A DNA stretch of 64,000 nucleotides, from the NCBI GenBank assembly GCA_963422265.1, contig OY729416.1, forward strand, positions 32,001-96,000, written 5' to 3'. The notes below the pieces were generated by a model. It saw nothing but the letters and a program-made list of their open reading frames with translations. It was not told where the DNA came from and ran no database searches. The position numbers were made by a program, and so were the translations under genes. Positions 30,148 to 39,963 of this stretch are shown piece by piece; within the stretch, counting starts at the first letter, position 1; the number at the start of each line of letters is the position of its first letter. The DNA comes from Thermodesulfobacteriota bacterium. GTDB lineage: Bacteria; Desulfobacterota_D; UBA1144; Nemesobacterales; UBA2774.

Positions 30148-31374
30148 TCATCCGCAATGCCCACGAATTTGCCCTTCTTTGAGCAAACTAATCAGTTTCC
30201 ATCCATCGTGGATGTAAATCCCTGACTCGGCGGCGGATTTCTCGCTATACGTAAGGGAGTCGTTTTTTACGCTCTCGTCCAAAGAGCTGTAAATAGCGAA
30301 TGGGACGGGCTCATTAACGTGGGTTCGGACGTCTATCGGAGTAGGATGGTCTGAAGTAACGAGGATTTTATAATCCCCGAATCTCCCCATGCTCTCAAGG
30401 ACGTGCTTTACTACCCTACCGTCAAAATCCTCAATTGCCTGAATTTTAAGGTTGGCGTCTCCTACGTGCCCCGTTTCATCGGTTGATTCAATATGAATCA
30501 TCGTAATATCCACCTCATTTAGAGAGTCAAGCGCATACTCGACCTTGCCTTCATAGTTAGTATCCAGATAGCCCGTTGCTCCCGGAACGTCTATAACGCT
30601 TAGCCCCGCATAGCGACCTATTCCCTTAACGAGATCAACGGCGGATACCACTGACCCGCTCATTCCATACAACTCTTCAAACGATGGCATACTAGGCGCA
30701 ACGCCCTGACCCCACAACCATATGCTCGTAGCGGGACTCTTCCCTTCCTCCAATCTCCTCTTGTTCACGGGGTGCCCTTCAAGAATTTCTCTTGATTTCT
30801 CAATTAGCCCGTTTAGCCTTTGCGCCCCTTCTCCAGTGGGAAGGTATGGGTTTATCTCTTTTCCCGATATATCGTGGGGTGGGGTCGTCTTTATGCTTTT
30901 ATTACCCCCAGACCAGATTACAAGGTGCCTGTAGCTTACGCCAGGGTGGAATTTCAGGTCCTGCTCTTCAAGCTCTTTTTTTAAATCCAAAAGCAGCTCT
31001 CGCGCCTCCCCAGTTGTTATATGTCCCGCGCTGTAATCCTGCATTATCTCCTTGCCATCTTGGTAAGACAGGGTTACCAAATTGCACCTAAGAGCGACGT
31101 CGTCCCAATTCAAATCAACCCTCATGCTCGCCGCTTCGAGGGGAGACCTGCCAGTGTAATAGAGCATAGGGTCGTAGCCGAGTACCGCTAGGTTACCCAC
31201 GTCGCTACCCGGGGGCAGGGGTTCGGGAATCGTTTTAGCGGTGCCGAATCTTATAGCTGATCTGGCTATCCTATCCAAATTGGGCGTATTAGCAGCTTCA
31301 AGGGGCGTCTTGCCTCTTAGCTCGTCAAGTGGATGGTCTGGCATCCCGTCGCCTTGTAGTATTACGTATTTCAT
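30148..31374 (-). CDS. apgM: Cofactor-independent phosphoglycerate mutase (ApgM family)
   Basis: GDGM.D...GKTPLE.A.TPN.D, PGSDV, YYTGRSPLEA, DETGH and SDH.TP. Confidence 0.9.
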   Translation of the reverse strand: MKYVILQGDGMPDHPLDELRGKTPLEAANTPNLDRIARSAIRFGTAKTIPEPLPPGSDVGNLAVLGYDPMLYYTGRSPLEAASMRVDLNWDDVALRCNLVTLSYQDGKEIMQDYSAGHITTGEARELLLDLKKELEEQDLKFHPGVSYRHLVIWSGGNKSIKTTPPHDISGKEINPYLPTGEGAQRLNGLIEKSREILEGHPVNKRRLEEGKSPATSIWLWGQGVAPSMPSFEELYGMSGSVVSAVDLVKGIGRYAGLSVIDVPGATGYLDTNYEGKVEYALDSLNEVDITMIHIESTDETGHVGDANLKIQAIEDFDGRVVKHVLESMGRFGDYKILVTSDHPTPIDVRTHVNEPVPFAIYSSLDESVKNDSLTYSEKSAAESGIYIHDGWKLISLLKEGQIRGHCG

Positions 31375-31460
31375 AGCGTAAAGATGTTAAACGCCCTTCG
31401 GCAATAATCAAGCTCCGTCATGATAGAAACGCAGAGACTATGGAAGTCGCTAATTATTTA

Positions 31461-32255
31461 TTAATTCGTAACAACGAATATCGCCCTGTCTTCTTTTCTA
31501 ACGGTTACCTCAACGCCATACGCCACGCTCAGATTTTTTTCGTTGATGACTTGATCCGTCTCACCTTTGGCAAATACTCTACCGTCTTTGAGCATTATAA
31601 CTTCGTCAAAATAAAAGAGGTCCGAGAACACGTCGTGAGTGGCGGCTATGATAGCCATATTGCTCCGCTCTTTTAGCCTGCTAAGCGTTTTCATCACCTT
31701 ATCCCTGTACCTCAAGTCTAGGAAAGTAGCCGGCTCATCGAGAATCATCACGTCAGGCTCCTGCGCTAAGGCTCGTGCTAGAGAGACAAGCTGCCTTTCC
31801 CCTCCCGAAACTCCATTTATAGCCCTGTCCTTCAAATGAATTATGCCAACTGCTTCCATTACACTATTGGCTACCGCTATATCTTCCTCTCTCTCAAATT
31901 CAAACCTGCCTACGTAGGGCGCCCTACCCATGAGAACAACTTCTGAAACCGTAAAATGAAAGGCGAAAGCCGGATTCTGCGGTATATAGGCGACTCTTTT
32001 CGATACGTCCCTTTTATTAAGGGAGCTAAGCTCCTTACCTCTGTAAGCGACTACGCCTGCTTTAGGGGCTAATACCCCAGATAAAATTTTAAGAAGCGTA
32101 GATTTCCCTGAACCATTCGCTCCCAGCACACCAAGCATTTTCCCCGTATTCAGCGATAAATCTATATCTCGTAAAACGCCACCACCATTCCCCGCTTGAG
32201 CCTGATAATCCAAGTAGGAAAAGCTAACGTTCTTACACTCAATTACTGTTTCCAT
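31461..32255 (-). CDS. ABC ATPase, cobalamin/iron-chelate family
   Basis: GANGSGKSTL, V.MGR.PY, SGGERQ and LDEP..FLD. Confidence 0.9.
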   Translation of the reverse strand: METVIECKNVSFSYLDYQAQAGNGGGVLRDIDLSLNTGKMLGVLGANGSGKSTLLKILSGVLAPKAGVVAYRGKELSSLNKRDVSKRVAYIPQNPAFAFHFTVSEVVLMGRAPYVGRFEFEREEDIAVANSVMEAVGIIHLKDRAINGVSGGERQLVSLARALAQEPDVMILDEPATFLDLRYRDKVMKTLSRLKERSNMAIIAATHDVFSDLFYFDEVIMLKDGRVFAKGETDQVINEKNLSVAYGVEVTVRKEDRAIFVVTN

Positions 32256-32265
32256 GCTCGTTCAT

Positions 32266-33168
32266 TCATTGTGAATGCAACGCTTGATATAGCACTTTAG
32301 CTCCTTCTACTATTCTTTGGCTCGGATGCAAAAGAGAGTCGCTTGGTAGCTTATAGACCGCGTTATTGCGGACTGCGTCCACCTGATTAAGCTTGTTCCT
32401 CCATATATTCATATCCAAATTTTCGTTTTGTTCGCCTACTCCTTTGGCTTCTACCTTGACGGTGCTCGCCAGGGCAGGTTTCCTATGATCTATGTCAAAT
32501 ATAACCTCGGGATTAAAGGAAAAGACGGTTTCTTTCGTAATCTTGATGGCGAACCTCTCACTTTGCACGGCGTTTTCCCCTCCGGCGATTTTGAGAAGCT
32601 CGTCAATGTAATTACCCGTGCCTATAACGTATAAATCTTCAAGCGTCCCCGGATTCCTTCCTATTACGATAAGTGCCCTTACCTTTTTTTTCTTCCTCGC
32701 CTTTTTGCTGATTTCACTTAGACTAGTTTTAATATAAGCATTGAGACTTTTAGCCTCCTCTTCCTTTCCCAGCACTTCTCCTAAATCTGAAATGGATTTT
32801 AATATGTCTTTAATCGAATCGTTGCTATGAACTACGAAGGTTTTGAGCCCTAGATTTCTCAACTTGTCTCCAAAGCTAGATTGTTGATCTTTGACCAGCA
32901 CGACGAGATCGGGTTTTAACGCCACTATCGCCTCGTAGCTCGGGTTTATCCATCCCCCCACTTTGGGCAGGGTTTTAGCATCAGGCGGAAATTCGGAATA
33001 TATGGTTACGCCTACCACCCTGTCCCAAGCTCCAAGTGCATAGATTATCTGCGTTAGGTTTGGCGAGAGTGAAACTATACGCTTAGGCGCGTCGCCGTCC
33101 GCGTAGGACGAGACGCAGCTTAGAGAGATAATCAAAGCGGACAACGCAAGGTAGGAGCTTCTTTTCAT
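32266..33168 (-). CDS. Periplasmic binding protein, BtuF/helical-backbone family
   Basis: Signal peptide, RIVSLSP..T.I.YALG...VVGV and E.I.AL.PDLV. Confidence 0.88.
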   Translation of the reverse strand: MKRSSYLALSALIISLSCVSSYADGDAPKRIVSLSPNLTQIIYALGAWDRVVGVTIYSEFPPDAKTLPKVGGWINPSYEAIVALKPDLVVLVKDQQSSFGDKLRNLGLKTFVVHSNDSIKDILKSISDLGEVLGKEEEAKSLNAYIKTSLSEISKKARKKKKVRALIVIGRNPGTLEDLYVIGTGNYIDELLKIAGGENAVQSERFAIKITKETVFSFNPEVIFDIDHRKPALASTVKVEAKGVGEQNENLDMNIWRNKLNQVDAVRNNAVYKLPSDSLLHPSQRIVEGAKVLYQALHSQ

Positions 33169-33215
33169 CTACTAACCAATAAATAGCTTAAGAGAGGGGT
33201 TTATATTTGCTCAAA

Positions 33216-33743
33216 TTAAGCGCCGAGACGGGATGCTTCAGTCGCGCGCCTTAATAGATGCGGAAGCTCAGCCTCTATTCTCTCTAACAAGTCCGCGTCG
33301 AGCTTAGCTCCGTATAGGGTTTTTACCTCAGACAACTGTTCTATAGTATGCTTTTTACATCCCGTCAAGTCAGCTTCCGTAAAATCCGTGAACTGAACGT
33401 TCGCCAGCCTTAGGTTAACGCCCTTTAGATTAGATTCTGATAGATCGGCGTTCTTTAAGTGCGCCCCTTCAAGCGTGGCCCCCTCTACATTGGAGCTATT
33501 TAAGATTGATTCCTCAAGGTTCGCCCCATAAAGCGTGGCTCCCTCAAAATCCGCCCCTTTCAGATTGCACCCTCTACAAAAAGCGAGCTTCATATTCGCA
33601 CCTCTAAGATTTGCCCTGGATAAATCCACCCCAGCAAGATTAGCCCAGCTAAGATCGGGAAGCGTCTCTGGATTCTCTTGCCTCCATTTATTCCAGTTAT
33701 TGACTCCGCTCTTAAGAATTTTTACGTGTTCTTGATTAGCCAT
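33216..33743 (-). CDS. Pentapeptide repeat protein
   Basis: MAN.EH..IL..GV..WN.WR followed by A(N/D)Lxx repeats. Confidence 0.9.
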   Translation of the reverse strand: MANQEHVKILKSGVNNWNKWRQENPETLPDLSWANLAGVDLSRANLRGANMKLAFCRGCNLKGADFEGATLYGANLEESILNSSNVEGATLEGAHLKNADLSESNLKGVNLRLANVQFTDFTEADLTGCKKHTIEQLSEVKTLYGAKLDADLLERIEAELPHLLRRATEASRLGA

Positions 33744-33749
33744 AACGCG

Positions 33750-33932
33750 CTATTGTCCAAAGAACTTTATTGCCGAATACATTATGTATAAAGCCATAAT
33801 AAAGTAAATCAACCTTTTTAGTAATCCACTGATTCCGCCTATTCTTACGCCGATAGATTCCCCGCAGTTGGGGCAGGTATCAGTTTTTACGCTAACCTCG
33901 TATCCACACTCATCACACTTGGTTATTTTCAT
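33750..33932 (-). CDS. Small zinc-ribbon membrane protein
   Basis: CDECG...CPNCG followed by a C-terminal TM helix. Confidence 0.7.
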   Translation of the reverse strand: MKITKCDECGYEVSVKTDTCPNCGESIGVRIGGISGLLKRLIYFIMALYIMYSAIKFFGQ

Positions 33933-34044
33933 AACAACGGGTAGAGAACGAAACAATGACTTAGAAACTATTTACCATACTAGACCAATCTAGTATGATC
34001 ACACTATGCGAAAGTATATATAAATATATATAAGGAACGGAAAC

Positions 34045-34356
34045 ATGGAAGAGCAAAATAGAGCAGAAGAGCAGAATAGAACTATAGATTCTGGGCTAGA
34101 TATTATAGAGAACGATATAAAGCACATAAACGATGATATAAAAGGGATGAGCAACAGGGTAGGTGCGCTTGACGAAAAGTTCAACGTGCTCATAGAAGGT
34201 CAATCTAGCATGAAAGTGATGATGGAGGGTTTTCTTAGAGATATGGAAAAGACGGAGAGAAAGGTAGATGGGGTAGAAAACAGGGTGTAGTATCTCACGT
34301 CCGCAATAGCGCTTGGAGCCATAGGATGGATAATTTCTAAGTTCTTTGCATCTTAA
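34045..34356 (+). pseudogene. Coiled-coil protein with C-terminal TM anchor interrupted by an in-frame TAG (34288-34290)
   Basis: After the TAG the same frame reads YLTSAIALGAIGWIISKFFAS-TAA. Confidence 0.6.
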
Positions 34357-34389
34357 GAACATAGCTGAATTACTCCTCGTCTATCATTA

Positions 34390-35868
34390 TTACGCTTTAA
34401 CCCTCCCTAACGCCGGGGCTAGAAGATTGGGATGATAACGGCTAATTTTATCAGCGAGAACTTCTATAACGCTTTTTATATCCCACTGAGCACCTTCAGA
34501 CAATCTAAGGTTAATAAGATGATAAACCTCCCATAGATCAAAGCTTCCTATAACCCGCCTGTTGTGGGCATTCGTAACAACGTAGCTAGCAACCCTTCCA
34601 AGGTTTTCATTCGCTAGCTTCTCATATAACTTGTGACTTGCCTCGGTTGCCCTCATCAGCAAATCTTCCGAGCCAGAGTTCTCTACGTTGGGTGGTATTG
34701 TCCATCCATTATAGACACTTGGCTCTTGAAAAATCCAATCTGCTTTTCTATGCCGCAAAAGCTGATGCCAATTAGCCTCGCTTATGACGAACTCAGCTTC
34801 ATAGCGTATCAGTTTGAACGGGTTTATCGGATTATCAAACCTTCCGAGCTTCTCTATAGATTTTTTAAAAATCTCTAATTTCTCCTCGGAGCTGCTCTCA
34901 TTTATGTCCTTAGCAATGGCTTCATAGCCCAATTGAGAATGCTCGAACAGTATAGCTTGCGCCATTTTCTCTATTGCGACCATTTCAGGATCACTAGAGC
35001 CTTTACCCGTCCAGTCCAATAAATTACACGCGCCCCCCCCCAAGGGGGCAAGAGATTGGGCAACGGCGTCCGACAATTCCTTCAGCGCATTCCTCGTCTC
35101 AGTTATATAAGGACTCTCGCTTGCGTATTTAACTAGCGTAGGGATAGAAAACCTTACCTCTTCCTTAATCTCACCGGCTCTTTCTCGTGCCTCTGGATAC
35201 GAGCTTGAAAGAAGTTTGGTAAGGCAGTCCTCAATAGCTCTAGCGTTAGCCGTCATGCCCAGATTGGTAAGTGTGGACAAGCTTAGTGCATATCTCGCAT
35301 CTTCAAAGGCAAGCTTTTCAAGCGCTCTAAGGTGGACGCGCTCTTCCACCCCTTTGGGAGTCGGAGAGGTTTCTCTTAAGTATGAAAACAGCTTGTCGTT
35401 AAGCTTCTCATATATATCGTATTGAAGATTATTAAGCTCAATGTATTCATTCCTAAGCGCAGGATACTCACTCAACTCTACGGGAACAAAGAAACTGCCC
35501 TTCTTTGGTTTCTGATAACGCTGCGAGTATTCGGTAAAGGAAAGATGCTCGTTTGAAAGCTCTAGCAGCGAGGAAAAAAGCCTAGAGACCCGTTCAATTC
35601 CTACGTGAACGGTCGCGTGCTCGGCTACCGAGGCATGACCGTAGTTTAAGACCCACTTTTCATGGAACTCGCTTGCTCTTTTCCGTCCGAGATGCTCTTC
35701 GCGTATAACAGTCATTATATTGTCTCTAAAGCTTCTAGGGCTCCTGCTTACGTAGGCGAAGATTACAGCTATTACCTCTTCGGAGACGTTGCTGACCGTG
35801 TATATGTCTCTATTGGTATTTGAGACGTAGCTCGTGATGTCATTGGGGATTGATCTCGATTTAGCCAT
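34390..35868 (-). CDS. thyX: Two-domain FAD-dependent thymidylate synthase (ThyX-like)
   Basis: YGH.SVAEH, E.SQRY and ARY.L in domain 1; QL.RHR and LR....AQW.I in domain 2. Confidence 0.85.
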   Translation of the reverse strand: MAKSRSIPNDITSYVSNTNRDIYTVSNVSEEVIAVIFAYVSRSPRSFRDNIMTVIREEHLGRKRASEFHEKWVLNYGHASVAEHATVHVGIERVSRLFSSLLELSNEHLSFTEYSQRYQKPKKGSFFVPVELSEYPALRNEYIELNNLQYDIYEKLNDKLFSYLRETSPTPKGVEERVHLRALEKLAFEDARYALSLSTLTNLGMTANARAIEDCLTKLLSSSYPEARERAGEIKEEVRFSIPTLVKYASESPYITETRNALKELSDAVAQSLAPLGGGACNLLDWTGKGSSDPEMVAIEKMAQAILFEHSQLGYEAIAKDINESSSEEKLEIFKKSIEKLGRFDNPINPFKLIRYEAEFVISEANWHQLLRHRKADWIFQEPSVYNGWTIPPNVENSGSEDLLMRATEASHKLYEKLANENLGRVASYVVTNAHNRRVIGSFDLWEVYHLINLRLSEGAQWDIKSVIEVLADKISRYHPNLLAPALGRVKA

Positions 35869-35911
35869 TCGGATGTTGCGTAATTAATGCCTTCCTTATT
35901 ATCCTTTACGT

Positions 35912-36105
35912 ATGTAGGGGTAACACTTACCTTATTATCCTTATTGCCTTAGGGTGACCATCCTTCTACAGGCTCAGGCCTTCTACAGGCTCAGGACATC
36001 GCAAGGGTCGCCCCTACATACAAGAAATCCACCCTAGCCCTCTTTTACGAAAGGAGGAGAATATCTTTTCTAAGCTCTAACCTCTGAGCCTGTAGAAGAG
36101 CCGCT
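35912..36105. repeat. Composite palindromic island
   Basis: GTAGGGG...CCCCTAC with nested, duplicated CCTTCTACAGGCTCAGG; AAATCCACCC...CTCTTTTACGAAAGGAG; inverted copy CTGAGCCTGTAGAAG. Confidence 0.75.
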
Positions 36106-36132
36106 GCCCCCGTTCTCTAAAGCCGAAACTAG

Positions 36133-36885
36133 CTACGTGATAGTAATTCCTTCTTTTATTTTACTGGATATATAAGTAAGCACCTGACCGGGCTGACCGT
36201 AAATCACGGCGTCCACGTAATCGTCGGCGGGGCTTTGCTTTTCACTTATTATGACTACCTTAGCGTTGTTTTCCTTAGCCAAAAAGGGATATGAGGCTAT
36301 AGGTTCGTTATCAAGAGAGGCGCCCGCTATAATAAATAGATCGGCGCTATGAAGTCTTATCCATGCCTCCCTCATCTCCCAATGTGGCGGGGGCTGTCCA
36401 GGAAAAGAGATCGGGGGTTTTAGCTGATCACCTCCACATTCGCTGCATATAGGAATTTCAGCTCCCTGCTCTATCATGATAAGAACCTCGCCTGTCGGAT
36501 AATCCTTTCCGCATCCGGTGCAAGTAACCCAAAGCACGCTGCTGTTTAGCTCTATTACCTGAGAGCTACCAGCACGGTGGTGAAGCCCATCGGTGGTTTG
36601 CGTAAAGATACAATCCAGATTCCCGATTATCTCAAGCTCGGCTAAGGCTAAGTGGGCGAGTCCGGGCTCGGCGTTCACCAGTATGGGATATACGTCCTTG
36701 ATCTTTTTCCAATACCGAGCCCTGACGGTTTTGTCCTCGCGAAAATCCCCTATATGAGGATTAAGCCTAGGATCAGAGAAATCGGGAACCCCACACTCGG
36801 CGGACAGCTCTATCCCGGTAAGAACAACCATTTTTTGAGCCTCTTTTACCCATTCGGCGACGGCTCCCGCAGCGTCCATTTCCAT
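36133..36885 (-). CDS. Sir2/CobB-fold protein with degenerate active site
   Basis: Sirtuin scaffold (G.PDF, AH.ALA.LE, TQ..DGLH..AGS, CxxC...CxxC, LKP, ADL...G.SL), but GAG, QN and HG are replaced. Confidence 0.85.
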   Translation of the reverse strand: MEMDAAGAVAEWVKEAQKMVVLTGIELSAECGVPDFSDPRLNPHIGDFREDKTVRARYWKKIKDVYPILVNAEPGLAHLALAELEIIGNLDCIFTQTTDGLHHRAGSSQVIELNSSVLWVTCTGCGKDYPTGEVLIMIEQGAEIPICSECGGDQLKPPISFPGQPPPHWEMREAWIRLHSADLFIIAGASLDNEPIASYPFLAKENNAKVVIISEKQSPADDYVDAVIYGQPGQVLTYISSKIKEGITIT

Positions 36886-37059
36886 AGATTATGGATTATA
36901 CACTATTTTGACGTTAAACGTGTCAATGAAATGTAGATGTTATTATGTTATAATTTCAATCTAAGGGAGCACACTTAAAGGTGGATTCAGTAATGAGTAT
37001 GTCTGTCCTTCGCAGGGGGAACCCTTGTAGTCGCACTATAAAACACGTGGGAAAGAAAA

Positions 37060-37386
37060 TTGAAATACAAACCCAGAAGCATAGATGAGTTCAGTGACGC
37101 CGCTTTAATGATCATGTGGGACGACGGGCACGAGAGCATTTACCTGTATGAGGACCTCAGGCGCGAGTGCCCCTGCGCTACATGTAGAAAACTCAAAAGC
37201 TCTGGAAGGACGCCGTTCAAAAAGACCATTCCCCTTAGGGTTAAATCCACAAACGTTAGACCTACCCAAATAGATTCCGTGGGGCGTTATGCGATTCAGT
37301 TCAAATGGAGTGACAGGCACGACACGGGAATATACAGCTTTGATTTTCTAAGGGGGTTGTGCCCCTGCGAGCAGTGTAGCTCCTGA
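37060..37386 (+). CDS. DUF971 / GBBH-like N-terminal domain protein
   Basis: I.W.DGH.S.Y....LR..CPCA.C ... VG.YA....W.D.H.TGIY. Confidence 0.85.
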   Translation: MKYKPRSIDEFSDAALMIMWDDGHESIYLYEDLRRECPCATCRKLKSSGRTPFKKTIPLRVKSTNVRPTQIDSVGRYAIQFKWSDRHDTGIYSFDFLRGLCPCEQCSS

Positions 37387-37529
37387 TCAATAAACCTCCG
37401 CAGAGTGACGCAGTCACGTCTCCGTTTATTTAACATGAAGCGCAAGCACATACCGTCGTGGAAACGGAGTATATGTATTTTACCTATAGAAGGAAAAACG
37501 ACAGAAGAAAACCCCTCGTCCTACCACTA

Positions 37530-37931
37530 CTATCCTACCCCCTTCTTAAAATCAATAGCGCATGAATTTATACAGTAGCGGAGCCCCGTCTCAGGCGGAC
37601 CATCTGGAAAAACGTGTCCAAGGTGGGCATCGCACCTACTGCACAACACTTCGGTTCTAACCATGCCTAGGCTGTGATCAGTCTCTTCGGTAACTTTGTC
37701 GCTTGAAGTGGGTTCATAAAAACTGGGCCAGCCCGTGCCAGAATCAAACTTAGCCATAGAGCTGAACAGCTCTTCTTCACAGCAAATGCAGACATAAACA
37801 CCCTTTTCCTTGTGCTCGTAATACTTGCCGGCAAAGGGTCTTTCAGTTCCCTTACGTCTGGTGACGTAGTATTGCTCCTCGGTAAGTGTCTTTTGCCACT
37901 CGGCGTCTGTTTTTGTAAATTTCCTCGACAT
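37530..37931 (-). CDS. msrB: Methionine-R-sulfoxide reductase
   Basis: [26 protein letters not shown] and RYCINS. Confidence 0.97.
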   Translation of the reverse strand: MSRKFTKTDAEWQKTLTEEQYYVTRRKGTERPFAGKYYEHKEKGVYVCICCEEELFSSMAKFDSGTGWPSFYEPTSSDKVTEETDHSLGMVRTEVLCSRCDAHLGHVFPDGPPETGLRYCINSCAIDFKKGVG

Positions 37932-38069
37932 TGCGCTTAATCCGTAGTTTGCAGATTCGCGAGCTACACTAAAAGGTAACGCGCTTTATTCCCCACATAT
38001 AATAAATATAACAAAAGCATTTACCTAGTTAGGATAAGAATAAGAGCTAAAATAGCAAGCGATGAAAAT

Positions 38070-38430
38070 CATCACCCTCGCCTCCGCGTCTTAGGGTGGA
38101 CCCCCTTCAATAGGTTCAGGACATCGCAAGGGTCGCCCCTGAAGGGTAAAACGCAACCGAGGAATCTCGTCTTTTCCCCCTCTCCTGCTGGGAGAGGGGC
38201 ATAGGGTTAGGGTGTTTTCGTCATTCCTGCCCCCCGAGTGGGAATCTAGCTAGAAAGAGGGGCGGGGGACTTGAATTTCCTTCTTACTTGCCCCATCCCC
38301 TCTGTGGATTTCTGTCCCTTCATCATTTGTAGGGGTAACCATTGTGCCTCGGGGCGACCACCTTATTTTTTGATAAGACGCTAAGGGTCACCCCTACACC
38401 ACGACCCCCACCTGCCCATTACCGTTATTC
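38070..38430. repeat. Composite palindromic island
   Basis: Nested GGGT.GACC..TTCAATAGGTTCAGGACATCGCAAGGGTCGCCCCT, CCCCTCTCC...GGAGAGGGG, CGTCATTCC...GGGAATCTAG and GTAGGGG...CCCCTAC. Part is an inverted homologue of 14113-14208. Confidence 0.8.
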
Positions 38431-38603
38431 CGAGCTACGTTACCAAACACCCCTTATTGGGAATTGCTTCAGATTCTAGTATTGAGGATCAGGGAACGAA
38501 CTAATTACTTTCATCATGCTTTAGGAGCTGCGTCCCTAAATGGTTCTTGATTTTTTGCTATCTCGGGTGATAATAAACCTCTCGCTTGCGTATAGGAGTA
38601 GAG

Positions 38604-38687
38604 GGGCAGGTGGTGAAATTGGTAGACACGACGGCCTCAAAAGCCGTTGGGCGAAGGTCCATGGGGGTTCGAGTCCCCCCCTGCCCA
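38604..38687 (+). tRNA. tRNA-Leu(CAA)
   Basis: GGGCAGG/CCTGCCC acceptor stem, anticodon loop CTCAAAA, long variable arm; CCA not encoded. Confidence 0.93.
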
Positions 38688-38697
38688 CTTTAATACC

Positions 38698-39870
38698 TTA
38701 ATACCTTGGCATATCGGGGTCGTATTTCTCTGCCCATGCATCTATTCCACCCTTGAGGTTTTTGGCTTTCTTAAACCCCTGTTCTTTTAGAAACTGCGTC
38801 GCGCGCAGGCTCCTTCCACCATGATGGCAGTGGATTACTATCTCATCATCGGCGTCAAGCTCATCCAACCTATCCGGAAGCTCGCCTAATGGAACTAATA
38901 CCGAGTCTTCAAAGCTGCATATATCGTATTCATGGTATTCCCTTACGTCCAGAACGGTTGGGTTGTTTCCGTTATCGCGCATTTTCTTAAACTCATCAAT
39001 AGTGATCTCCATCTTTTCTTTCTCCTGAGTCTCCTCTCTTTGCACTGTTTCTTCCTGCCCTAACTCTCCCCGTCCTATTCCACAAAACTCCTCGTAGTCT
39101 ATCAATTCCTTAATTGAGGCGTTTTCTCCGCAGATCGGACAGTTGGGGTCTTTCCTGAGCTTCATTTCCCTGGGCTTCATCTCTAGCACGTCCATAAATA
39201 GCAGCCTACCGATAAGCGGGCTTCCATGCCCTAGAATAAGCTTTACCGCTTCAGCAGCCTGCATAGTGCCGATGATTCCGGGAAGTATGCCAAGCACGCC
39301 TCCTTCGGCGCAGCTCGGAACTAATCCCGGTGGGGGTGGTTCTGGGTAAAGACAACGGTAGCAAGGACCGTTTCTTGAATCAAACACGCTTACTTGTCCT
39401 TCAAAACGAAAGATGCTTCCATAAACGTTTGGTTTTCCAAGCAGCACGCAGGAGTCATTTACAAGGTATCTTGTCGCAAAGTTATCCGTTCCATCTACGA
39501 TGACGTCATAGTCTTTAATAATTTCCATCGCGTTCTCAGACGTAAGCCTTTCATTATATGTATCAACCTTTACGTCTGAGTTAAGCTCACGGAGCCTTTC
39601 CTTAGCCGATTCCACCTTGAGTTTTCCTATGTTCTCCTCGCTATGTATTATCTGCCTTTGCAGGTTGCTAAAGTCAACAACGTCAAAATCCAGAATTCCT
39701 AGATGCCCGACTCCGGCAGCCGCAAGGTATAGGGCTAGAGGAGAACCTAATCCACCTGCCCCGATGCAGAGAACGCTCGCATCTATTAGTTTTTGCTGAC
39801 CTTCTACGCCAACTTCGGGCATTATTAAATGCCTACTGTAACGCTTTACCTGCTCATTCGTGAGTCCCAT
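38698..39870 (-). CDS. moeB: MoeB/MoeZ-type adenylyltransferase with C-terminal rhodanese domain
   Basis: RYSRH, GAGGLG, SNLQRQ, PCYRC, C..GGV.G and rhodanese CHHGGRS. Confidence 0.92.
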   Translation of the reverse strand: MGLTNEQVKRYSRHLIMPEVGVEGQQKLIDASVLCIGAGGLGSPLALYLAAAGVGHLGILDFDVVDFSNLQRQIIHSEENIGKLKVESAKERLRELNSDVKVDTYNERLTSENAMEIIKDYDVIVDGTDNFATRYLVNDSCVLLGKPNVYGSIFRFEGQVSVFDSRNGPCYRCLYPEPPPPGLVPSCAEGGVLGILPGIIGTMQAAEAVKLILGHGSPLIGRLLFMDVLEMKPREMKLRKDPNCPICGENASIKELIDYEEFCGIGRGELGQEETVQREETQEKEKMEITIDEFKKMRDNGNNPTVLDVREYHEYDICSFEDSVLVPLGELPDRLDELDADDEIVIHCHHGGRSLRATQFLKEQGFKKAKNLKGGIDAWAEKYDPDMPRY

Positions 39871-39963
39871 ATTTACATTACCATCCCGTGTCTGTAGCCC
39901 TTATAGTTAAAAAATATAATCTATATCCAATTTGCATATTTTCAATATAGCGTTATGTTTTAC

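Noticed and set aside
30055-38687. tRNA-anchored genomic island
   Set aside because: No duplicated tRNA 3' end or integrase was noticed, and the flanking genes are housekeeping.
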